In this document: positions 1 to 10,218 of the stretch, piece by piece | Numbering within the stretch: position 1 is the first letter of the stretch | Layout: every line of letters starts with the position of its first letter | Assembly: GCA_021513715.1 (NCBI GenBank) | Contig: CP084167.1 | Location: 2,240,001-2,304,000 of the forward strand | Reading direction: 5' to 3' | DNA from: Candidatus Heimdallarchaeum endolithica | Lineage (GTDB): Archaea > Asgardarchaeota > Heimdallarchaeia > Heimdallarchaeales > Heimdallarchaeaceae | Length of the DNA: 64,000 nucleotides | Notes under the pieces: generated by a model | Told to the model about the DNA's origin: nothing | Databases searched by the model: none | Seen by the model: only the letters and a program-made list of their open reading frames with translations | Translations under genes and position numbers: made by a program

Positions 1-32
1 ATAGTTTTAGTATAGTACAGGAACATAAAATA

Positions 33-863
33 TTGGAAAAAATGAGAAAATGTTCTTTTACTGAAGAAGAAATTGAAAATATTATAAAAACGAATATAAA
101 AGAAGACATATCTCTTGAACAAAAAAATAGAACTATTAATTATTTACTAAATACTTTCAGTCCAAGTGTTTCTCGTTTTTATTATGAAGGTATTGATGAC
201 CGTTCTGGAATAGAAAGCAAGAAAATCAGAGAAATTGATTTTAGATTTAATTTCAATATATTTAAAAAACTAGAAACTAGTGTCATTAATTCACAAATTT
301 TTTTTGCAGGCGATATTAAAAACAATGATGAATATTTGTGGGTTTTTAGCAGTATAAAAGAGAATTTTGGTTTTTTTCCCATATACTTTGAAAATGCTGA
401 TAATGAACAATTATTGAAACATTTCCCCATCATATGGAATAAGAAACTTCCTCTTCCTTTTACTGTCGTAGAAAATATGATCCCACTACATAAAAATGGT
501 AAAAGAATAGCTAAAAAAGAAAAAAAGAAAGAACAACGGCCTAGAGATTTTTGTAATCAAGTAACAAGTGGAATAGACGGTTTGATACTTACCATTCAGC
601 GATATGCGAATATTGGAGGAATTAATACTAAAAATCTCATAGTTCCTCTGCTAATTTTATCTAATAAACCTATATTGATTTCTAAAATTCCTCCTAGAAA
701 AGAAGATGTTAAAGAAACTGAAGCTCTTATTTACCTTTTTCAACCAAATTTTACTCCAACAACGACTAGTAGATGGCTTATTCCTATTCTAGTTGTACAT
801 CAAGATAGTCTGTTAGATGTAATCAAAAAATTAACCGTTATCTTTACAATTGAACTAATATGA
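33..863 (+). CDS. hypothetical protein (276 aa, TTG start; may extend beyond the window edge)
   Basis: Long ORF with no recognised motif, in the accessory-looking left end. Confidence 0.6.
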   Translation: MEKMRKCSFTEEEIENIIKTNIKEDISLEQKNRTINYLLNTFSPSVSRFYYEGIDDRSGIESKKIREIDFRFNFNIFKKLETSVINSQIFFAGDIKNNDEYLWVFSSIKENFGFFPIYFENADNEQLLKHFPIIWNKKLPLPFTVVENMIPLHKNGKRIAKKEKKKEQRPRDFCNQVTSGIDGLILTIQRYANIGGINTKNLIVPLLILSNKPILISKIPPRKEDVKETEALIYLFQPNFTPTTTSRWLIPILVVHQDSLLDVIKKLTVIFTIELI

Positions 864-1055
864 AGAGAAAAGATTTTCTACTTTATATATTTATAAAATT
901 ATAACATTTCTGAAGGTTATATTTATGTTCAACCTTTTTATATTTCGCACGAATGTTTAACAACTTATTTTTTGTCTTTTTTTGTTTCGCCCAATCTTTT
1001 TCTTGCTTAATTATTTGAATTTCCTATGTTTTTATATTTATCAAATTTAATTTTT

Positions 1056-1973
1056 TTACTTCTGTTCTTGTTTAACCAGTATTTTTTTCCAGACAATTTC
1101 TTCATTTTTGGTAATTTTTTTATTTTTTCCAAAGATCTCATTTATGAAATCACACATTTTACATTTTTCTTTACAAAAAGCTTTTTTCATGATTTTACCA
1201 GGTAATTGTTTTTCCGATTTTACTCTCTCAACGATAGATACAATATTACTAATCCTCTTTAATTCTATGTCCTCCTTAGGAAGATCTAATATTCTTTTTT
1301 TCTTTTCATCATTATTTAAGTACCATAACTCTGGAATAATTTCGATATTAGGGTAGCTCTTTCTAATAATTTCAGAATAGGTAAGCACTTGCCTTTTATC
1401 TCTGAGAGATGATTTTCCTGTTTTTAGTTCTATCACTCTTACTGCTTTTCGATCTACTGTCCAAGCTAAAATGTCTATTCTGCCTGTTAAAATAAATTTC
1501 TCTGATAATTCATACTCAATTTTGTATTCAACTCCGATAACAAGAGAAAATAATCTATTATTATTCTCTTCAACTAAAGAAGAACAAAGCATAGCCAAGG
1601 AGCGTAAATTAAAGTAAAGCTCATCGTCATACTTTACTTCTTTCTCTCTCTCAATTATGCATTCAAAGTCCTTTATTCCATCAGGGAAGAAAAAACGTTC
1701 TGTCAACTCGTTTAAAGCAGCAAAAAAAGACTCTTCTATTGTAAGTTTTTCGTTATTGTAAAAATATTCTACAATGTCAAAATTGTTTGAAAAAACCGAT
1801 TGAAGAAGTAGATGATAAAAAGATCCAGCATTAAGGGCAAACGTAGATGGAGCATATTTTTTCAATCCTTTCATCTTCAGTAGAACAGCCGTATATGGTC
1901 TTCTTTCGCATTTATCTTCTTCAAGGACATCAGTAACGCAAATTCTAATTGGCCTTGCGAACATGATACTCAC
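1056..1973 (-). CDS. PD-(D/E)XK nuclease, Cas4/RecB-like (solo, no CRISPR array in window)
   Basis: GSFYH, 'VEYKI...LTGRIDIL...VIELKTG...QVLTY' motifs; N-terminal Cys (KCERR) and C-terminal CxxxCxxC. Confidence 0.8.
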   Translation of the reverse strand: MSIMFARPIRICVTDVLEEDKCERRPYTAVLLKMKGLKKYAPSTFALNAGSFYHLLLQSVFSNNFDIVEYFYNNEKLTIEESFFAALNELTERFFFPDGIKDFECIIEREKEVKYDDELYFNLRSLAMLCSSLVEENNNRLFSLVIGVEYKIEYELSEKFILTGRIDILAWTVDRKAVRVIELKTGKSSLRDKRQVLTYSEIIRKSYPNIEIIPELWYLNNDEKKKRILDLPKEDIELKRISNIVSIVERVKSEKQLPGKIMKKAFCKEKCKMCDFINEIFGKNKKITKNEEIVWKKILVKQEQK

Positions 1974-2218
1974 GCTAATCTATAATCTCTTAATTAATTT
2001 ATAAAAAAGGAAAAAGTGGATTATTAAAAAGTAAATAAAAAAATTAATTGAGTAAATAAACAAACATTGGATATGAACAAGTAAAAAAATCTTCTTGTAT
2101 CACTTGTAGCTAATTATGACTCAAAAATAGGACAAACAACTCATTGTGAGTGTTTAATAGAACTTTGTTTTTAATCTTCCTTTATTTCCCCTTAAATTTC
2201 ATAGTATGAACTTAACGT

Positions 2219-2275
2219 GTGTCGATAAAAAGTATAGACAAAAAATCTAAGTGTCGATAAAAAGTATAGACAAAA
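2219..2275. repeat. tandem 25-bp direct repeat GTGTCGATAAAAAGTATAGACAAAA x2 (2219-2243, 2251-2275), each an imperfect palindrome
   Basis: Exact duplication with a 32-bp period; internal TGTCgATA-N5-TATaGACA. Confidence 0.9.
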
Positions 2276-2327
2276 TAACAAAATCAAAAAAGAATAATGT
2301 TTTTTTTAACTTCAATAATAATATCAA

Positions 2328-3143
2328 TTATAATTGAATGGGCGGTTCATTTGGTTCTTTAGTATACGATAAAACATAATTGAAAATGTTACTGTATAAC
2401 ACGTAATCTTTTTCTGGATCTAAAAAAAATTCTTTTCCTGTTACCACATCGTTAAAATAAGTAGTAGAATGTTCTAAAATGATTATTTGATTAACAAAAG
2501 ATAGATTCAATATATCCATTATTTTTTGTTTTATTTCATTTGGTGTGGATGTGTTTTTGAAATTATTTATGATGATGTCCAAAGGTTTGATTTTAACATA
2601 CTCTGGGAAATGGGCTATTCTTTCCGCATTCGCTTTCAGCAAGAACAAGTTGGGACTTGCGACTAATATTGGTTTATCAGCTACAAATAGTGCATTTACG
2701 CTATAAATATTCAAAGTACTAGGGCAATCTATGATTATAAAGTCGTATTTTATTTTCATTTCTACAATCAAACCCATCAAAAAATCTAGGAATGTGTCTG
2801 CAGTGAGTGTAGTATATCTATTATTTATTTCATTGAGAGTCAAAACAGGTTCTACAATAGCAAAATCTATTCCTGTTTTGTGTTCTATTATACATTCATC
2901 GAAAGATTCATGTTCTGAAGAGTCTGAAACATTTCTTTTCAACAACCAATCGGTTAAATATTTTTCCTTTACCACTTTTCGATTCAGCAAATATTGATAG
3001 CTAGGATTAAAAATATCCAGTTCAACGACTAGTGTTTTCTTTTTTTCTCGCACAAACATTTTTCCCATATTGAGTGCGAGCATGGTTTTTCCTGTTCCCC
3101 CTTCAAATGAGAAGAGAGTAAGTAATTTACTTTTTCTTGTCAT
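2328..3143 (-). CDS. ParA/MinD-family P-loop ATPase
   Basis: EGGTGKT deviant Walker A, 'VVELD', 'YDFIIIDCPS', 'IIINN'. Confidence 0.85.
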   Translation of the reverse strand: MTRKSKLLTLFSFEGGTGKTMLALNMGKMFVREKKKTLVVELDIFNPSYQYLLNRKVVKEKYLTDWLLKRNVSDSSEHESFDECIIEHKTGIDFAIVEPVLTLNEINNRYTTLTADTFLDFLMGLIVEMKIKYDFIIIDCPSTLNIYSVNALFVADKPILVASPNLFLLKANAERIAHFPEYVKIKPLDIIINNFKNTSTPNEIKQKIMDILNLSFVNQIIILEHSTTYFNDVVTGKEFFLDPEKDYVLYSNIFNYVLSYTKEPNEPPIQL

Positions 3144-4263
3144 CTATTTTCACCAATGAAAAACAAGTTTTGCCATTGACTGCAGTAATCCTTCTTATTA
3201 TCCCCTTTTCCAATAAATACAATAGAGAATGCGTGATATATTCCTTATCACTGATATCATATTCCTTTTCCACATATTCTTCTATCTCATCTCTAGAAAT
3301 TGTATTATTAGTGTTCAGAGCAAGAATGGACTTGAGCACATAGGAAGAAGAATGATCCATTATCTCAAGCATAGTCCTAGTTGAAAAGTAGTTGTCTATC
3401 TCTTCCTCTTCTTTTCTTAACCTAGAACTGAAAGAGTCATAAACTATTTTTTCTACTTTTTTTTCTAATTCGTATAATTTATCTCTAACAGTATAAATAT
3501 TCAATTTTGAAGTAAGAAATCGCTCAAACTCTTTGACTATTTTTGATGCTAATAGGAATTTATACAACCCATGCGTGGTAATAACCATTAAACAAACGTA
3601 TACAGTAATTGGTTCTTGATTCTTAATTAATAAATAATAATCCACAGGATAGAAACTTTCCATTTGCTTAAACAAATTATACTTTTTCATTTTTATGAAA
3701 AAACGAGTAGCTGCATGATCATTATACATCTCAGTTTGTATTTTTATTCTCTCCATACATCTTCTTGTTTTTTCTGGGGTGAGTAGAGCATATGTATCTT
3801 CTATACTTTCTAGTTTCTTCAATTCTTCTTCTTTTTCGTATTCGCTAGCAATTAAACCTTTATTTTCTCCTATTTTATAAAGAAAAACAACTGACAATTT
3901 TTTTCCTAAAAAGTCTGTTAGCTCGTTTGGTTTTTCATTATAAAGGTTATTAGGAGTATAAAATTCTTCCGTAGTGCTAACAACTTTAACTTTTACTTTG
4001 TCTCCAACACTGAACAACTTCCTCAATCGATGAGAAAGATTGAATTCTAGCTTCCCACCTTTTGTTCGAATGATAGGTAAATCAACTCCTTGTTTGCCTA
4101 CTGTATCCTTACTCAAATTTTCCAAGTATATATGATACTCCTTTCCTCCTTCAATATCGCAGATAATCTCTTGTGGAAAACGAATTTTGAATCTGGTCAA
4201 TACAGTTGTAGTGAACTCTATAGGTGATTCATGCTGTATTGTTTTATTCTCTGTTACTGTCAT
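3127..4263 (-). CDS. hypothetical protein overlapping the ParA-like gene; possible AbrB-like N-terminus and C-terminal winged helix
   Basis: 'LSHRLRKLFSVGDKVKVKV' and 'ITHSLLYLLEKGIIRR' patterns; translational coupling. Confidence 0.6.
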   Translation of the reverse strand: MTVTENKTIQHESPIEFTTTVLTRFKIRFPQEIICDIEGGKEYHIYLENLSKDTVGKQGVDLPIIRTKGGKLEFNLSHRLRKLFSVGDKVKVKVVSTTEEFYTPNNLYNEKPNELTDFLGKKLSVVFLYKIGENKGLIASEYEKEEELKKLESIEDTYALLTPEKTRRCMERIKIQTEMYNDHAATRFFIKMKKYNLFKQMESFYPVDYYLLIKNQEPITVYVCLMVITTHGLYKFLLASKIVKEFERFLTSKLNIYTVRDKLYELEKKVEKIVYDSFSSRLRKEEEEIDNYFSTRTMLEIMDHSSSYVLKSILALNTNNTISRDEIEEYVEKEYDISDKEYITHSLLYLLEKGIIRRITAVNGKTCFSLVKIDDKKK

Positions 4264-4535
4264 TTCTTCTGCCCTCCATGTGCTGAACGAAAGATGAAAA
4301 AAATTCTTTCCAAAAATGTAATATGTAAAATGCTTTTTAAAGAAAGCAAAAAATCTCGGACGATATCAGAGAATCGAAAAGTAAAAGTACTCCCAGGACT
4401 AAATATGATTCTGTCCTTTATAAATTGTTTAAGAACTGAATTGTAAGTAAATTTTCCTTCTTCTTTTTTATCAGAAGCGACTAAATATAAATGAATAGAT
4501 GTTTTTTTTCCTTTTCCTTTTTCTTTTTTTCGCAT
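4260..4535 (-). CDS. small hypothetical protein, first gene of the ParA operon
   Basis: ATGA overlap with 3127..4263; GGAG upstream. Confidence 0.5.
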   Translation of the reverse strand: MRKKEKGKGKKTSIHLYLVASDKKEEGKFTYNSVLKQFIKDRIIFSPGSTFTFRFSDIVRDFLLSLKSILHITFLERIFFIFRSAHGGQKK

Positions 4536-4701
4536 TTTTTTCTCCTTGCATATTTTATCACTTCCGTCGCTCTGAGTATATATTATACTAAAGAATAAAT
4601 ACTCATTTAGTTTATTTACAACATATTATTTAAACTTTTGTTTTTATAAATACGGTAATTGAAAGGTCGAAGATATGTTTTATATATTCTAATGGTGTTA
4701 A

Positions 4702-5001
4702 ATGCGTATGAATGGCAAAAAAAACTATTCTCTCGAAGAATTAATCGCTACACTTGAACAAAAAGGAGCAATACATATACTCATTTATTTAGAGGAAAAG
4801 AAAAATGCTAATTTAACAAGTATTATGGAAAATACACCTAAAGTTGGACAAACAGCTATTTATACTGCTATTCGCAAACTGTTAGATCAGGAACTGATTA
4901 ATGAAAAGAAAGAACCCCCTTACAATCGCAGATTTTTTTCTCTAACCGATAGAGGAAAAAAAGTTGTTGAAATATTAAAAAAATTAAAAGAAATCACTTA
5001 A
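4702..5001 (+). CDS. winged-helix transcriptional regulator (HxlR/MarR-like)
   Basis: 'AIRKLLDQELI...RRFFSLTDRGKKV'. Confidence 0.8.
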   Translation: MRMNGKKNYSLEELIATLEQKGAIHILIYLEEKKNANLTSIMENTPKVGQTAIYTAIRKLLDQELINEKKEPPYNRRFFSLTDRGKKVVEILKKLKEIT

Positions 5002-5414
5002 TTTCCTAACTTTACTTTATACGTCCAATACATGATTTTTACAACTATTATTATGTTTAAGTCAAAAGTCCCTTCCTATTCTCTTTATTGCTTAGAATTA
5101 TTTTAATTATTGTTTTTTTATAATCTTAAACTCATTTTATCTCTTCTTTTTTTCCTCTAATTCTTTTATTTCTTCGAAAAAATAATGAAGAAAATAAGGT
5201 AAAAAGTCTAAATTAAACATATATTCTTTTTATTGATTTTATAGAGTTCCAACAATTTTCTTTTCTTTTATTTTCTTTACTTTCAATAGGATATATTTTA
5301 CTTTTTCTTTATTATTATTTGAAGCACTGACAGTTGTTAAAAACGTGAAAAGGTACCCAAGAGGAAATTTTAGATGAATGAAAAGAAGACAAGAAAAATT
5401 GAGAAAAAAAAAAG

Positions 5415-7177
<1,763 letters not shown>

Positions 7178-7445
7178 GGTGATGCTTTTTTTTGTTTGTT
7201 TGCAATTTTTTTGTTTTTGCATCGTTTTTAAATTATTCGTTCGTTGGCTTTTTCTTTTTTTTTTCTAACGCAACGAACGTTTCTTTGTTATTGCTTACTA
7301 ATATTATTATTTCTCGACAGCTATTAAAAATTGTTGTTTAGAGTCTTTTTAGATTGATAAATAAGTTCTTTTTCCTATCCTCTTACTTTTTATTTTAATA
7401 TCGAAGTCTTTTTAACTACCTATCTTCATCGTTGTTCGATAATTT

Positions 7446-8165
7446 ATGGTTAGTGATTCTGGTTCTTTAGTTTTACGTGATTTAATTCGTCTTGATGGTA
7501 GATCCAAGCATATTTATTCTCTTTATTCTTTTCTTGTTGTTATCCTTTTGACCTTTTTACTGTATATCATTCCTGACTACTATTTTCTTGAGGAAGTTAC
7601 TTACAGTACTGCTTTTTCTATTTTAAAGTTTTATCGCTTCAATGTTCGTTATGATGGTTTATTTGTTGACACTAGTTCTAGTGGTGATAGTTCTTTTCTT
7701 GTTTCTCTAATCGACTTTTTTTCTAAATTTGATTTTCATAACGGTCGTTCTCCTGTTATTAAGGCTCTTACTGTTAACAAGCGTTTTGCCATTGTTCGCG
7801 CTTGTACTGCTATGCAAGCCGGTGCTTTACTTATGGCTCTTATTATTGTTACTCCTGCTCGTCCCTGGGATAAGGTTAAAGCTACTAGTTTTACTATTAT
7901 GGTCCTCGTTCTTACTAATTTTTTGCGTATCGCTTTAATTGTTGGTATGACTGTCACCTTGATGGTTAATTATGGTACTACTTATGATGCTGCTTGGATG
8001 TGGTCTCATGACGTTTTAGGTAAACCTATCGGTTTTTTTGGTACTATTTTGTTTGCTTTTATAATTGAAGGTCAGAATGTTCCCATCCTAAACACTGTCT
8101 CTTTATGGATTGACAGTTTATTGGACCTCTTTTCCTCTAAAAAAGACTCTAAAAAAGACGATTAA
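7446..8165 (+). CDS. exosortase/archaeosortase family protein
   Basis: Multi-TM protein with catalytic Cys (VRACTAM), Arg (NFLRIA) and His (WSHD). Confidence 0.8.
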   Translation: MVSDSGSLVLRDLIRLDGRSKHIYSLYSFLVVILLTFLLYIIPDYYFLEEVTYSTAFSILKFYRFNVRYDGLFVDTSSSGDSSFLVSLIDFFSKFDFHNGRSPVIKALTVNKRFAIVRACTAMQAGALLMALIIVTPARPWDKVKATSFTIMVLVLTNFLRIALIVGMTVTLMVNYGTTYDAAWMWSHDVLGKPIGFFGTILFAFIIEGQNVPILNTVSLWIDSLLDLFSSKKDSKKDD

Positions 8166-8290
8166 ATAATCTCTTCTCTTTTTTTTCTTATTTCTTTCTT
8201 CTCCTTTATCTAAAATTCTATCCTGGGTCTCTTCTTCTTATTTCTTTTTCTTTTTCTTAGAATTCTTCTTGGATTTATTTTATCTAACTC

Positions 8291-8581
8291 TTATCCACCG
8301 TGTGAAATTGGAATTATTCTTATAGTTAAATCTCCCTCTATTTTACTTTCTAGTTTTCCTGTTGTCTTTAGTTCTATTTTGTTATTTAAGATTAAAAATC
8401 CTGGTCTTATTTTTTCGTTCTTTACTAAATAATTAAATGCTTCTTCGTTTTCCTTTAGTGTTTCAATTAGTGCTTGTCCTATCGTTAGACCCTTTTTCAC
8501 TCTTTTCTCCATTTTCTTTTGACTAATTGGAATTGAAGGGTGAAAAAGAATTTGTAGAGCGGCGTATTCTTTTATATTCAC
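8291..8581 (-). CDS. ubiquitin-like beta-grasp protein (Urm1/MoaD/SAMP family)
   Basis: 'IRPGFLILNN' and C-terminal ISHGG. Confidence 0.85.
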   Translation of the reverse strand: MNIKEYAALQILFHPSIPISQKKMEKRVKKGLTIGQALIETLKENEEAFNYLVKNEKIRPGFLILNNKIELKTTGKLESKIEGDLTIRIIPISHGG

Positions 8582-8629
8582 CCTATCACCCTGTCACTTT
8601 ATCTACTTCACTTTTAATTTGTTCTTTTT

Positions 8630-9580
8630 TTATCCTATGTCTATCTCAAACATACTTAAGATATCTTCAATATCTTGAGCTATTTTTTCGTCTTCCTCGC
8701 TTAATTCTGCTCCTTCCTCTGGTTTAAGGAATTCTATTGCTCTTACAATTCCGTTTTCACATATCATTCTTGGCACATGCGATCTAGAAAAGAATACTCC
8801 TTCTGGTGGTTCATCTAATTCTTCGAATGAACCATCATATGATTCTGTATATACGTTTGTTCCAATAATTATTAGGTCTCTATAAAATCCCTTTGGGACA
8901 CCTAAATCTTTTAAAATTTCAAAAGATTTTTTGAGCAAATCATCAGCTTGTTCTTGCATAGCTCTTTTTGTTGAGATCTCCACTTCCTTGCTTACTTGTT
9001 TTGTTTTTGGGATTGGTGGTCCTTGTTCGCCCTCTTCTTCTAGCGAATCAAGTGCTGATAATATCGATGGAGTAGGTCTGTTCCCTGGTGCTCCCATCTT
9101 GGCCATTTTTGCTGGCAATTGTGAAGTAGGCACTTGTCCTGGCCGATCTTTTATTCTTGCTACTTCTTCATCACTAATTGATGCAGTTAATTTATGTGGC
9201 TCTTCGTCAACTTCATCAAAAACGTTTATTCTGCTTTGTCTTTCCATTAGTTCTTTTGCTTTTCTCAGGACCTCACTACTTACTAGGTCTTCTTTTCCCA
9301 TTTTTTGTAACATGGCAACAAATTCTGCTGTTTCTTCTCCTTGGTCGCATGTTTGGGGTATATATGCAAATCCATATTCTTTTTTCCTTAGATCTGATAG
9401 TGCTCTACTTCCAATAAACTTCTTTCTTATTTGACAATTTTGGCCCTTCCATAACCACATCCTTTTATCTACTTCGTCTACTATAATAATAACGCTTTCT
9501 GGCTTTAATTGTAAATCAGGAAGTTCGGTTAATGAACCATCTTCATTCACTTCTAATACTTTCATGTATTTCACACTCAA
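8630..9580 (-). CDS. gelsolin-domain protein (single gelsolin repeat, low-complexity linker, C-terminal domain)
   Basis: 'IIIVDEVDKRMWLWKGQNCQIRKKFIG...QGEETAEF' gelsolin repeat signature. Confidence 0.75.
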   Translation of the reverse strand: MSVKYMKVLEVNEDGSLTELPDLQLKPESVIIIVDEVDKRMWLWKGQNCQIRKKFIGSRALSDLRKKEYGFAYIPQTCDQGEETAEFVAMLQKMGKEDLVSSEVLRKAKELMERQSRINVFDEVDEEPHKLTASISDEEVARIKDRPGQVPTSQLPAKMAKMGAPGNRPTPSILSALDSLEEEGEQGPPIPKTKQVSKEVEISTKRAMQEQADDLLKKSFEILKDLGVPKGFYRDLIIIGTNVYTESYDGSFEELDEPPEGVFFSRSHVPRMICENGIVRAIEFLKPEEGAELSEEDEKIAQDIEDILSMFEIDIG

Positions 9581-9725
9581 CGAATTATCTCTATATTGTC
9601 CATATTTATATTTTATATATATTAATTTTGTTTCTAAAAAATCTCAAAAGTTTACTGACTATTATTTACTTGTCGACTTTTTTTATGTCTGTTTTTAAGT
9701 TTTTGAGACTTTTATTTATGTACTG

Positions 9726-9962
9726 ATGAACGAAATAATATTATTTACTTCCAATGAATGTTTGTATTGTTCAATTGCCAAAAAGAAATTAGAGGAAGTT
9801 ATCAATGAATATGGGGGCTTATTTGAATTGAAACTCAAAAACATTGAGCAAGAAAGCTCTGAGACACCAATAACTGTTTTACCTACTGTGATTATTGGGA
9901 AAAAGAAATTTGAAGGCGTTTTAGAAAAAGATCAAATCCATACTGCTCTTTTCTCTTCTTAA
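9726..9962 (+). CDS. thioredoxin/glutaredoxin-like protein
   Basis: CLYC motif and 'LPTVIIG'. Confidence 0.85.
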   Translation: MNEIILFTSNECLYCSIAKKKLEEVINEYGGLFELKLKNIEQESSETPITVLPTVIIGKKKFEGVLEKDQIHTALFSS

Positions 9963-9972
9963 AATCTTATTT

Positions 9973-10218
9973 TTATTTCTTGAAGAATCTCTCGTAGTCT
10001 ATTACTTCTTTTACCGTTTTTCCGACTGATTCATCTAAAATTGAAAGTTCTTTTAAGTATGCTTCCCATGATAATATTCCATATGCTCTAAGCCAGAGTT
10101 CGTATCCTTCTAAAAGTGACTTTTTGGCTTTTTCATGTATTTCGCAGAAAGTATCTTTTCCACTTTTTTCTTTTTTACAAATTGGGCAGTATTTCAAACT
10201 ATTTTCCATTTTTATCAC
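9973..10218 (-). CDS. small Zn-finger protein overlapping topA
   Basis: CPIC...CEIH. Confidence 0.65.
   Translation of the reverse strand: MIKMENSLKYCPICKKEKSGKDTFCEIHEKAKKSLLEGYELWLRAYGILSWEAYLKELSILDESVGKTVKEVIDYERFFKK

Noticed and set aside
2219-2275. Possible CRISPR mini-array next to the Cas4-like gene
   Set aside because: Only two units with a 7-bp gap; no spacer-length sequence and no cas1/cas2
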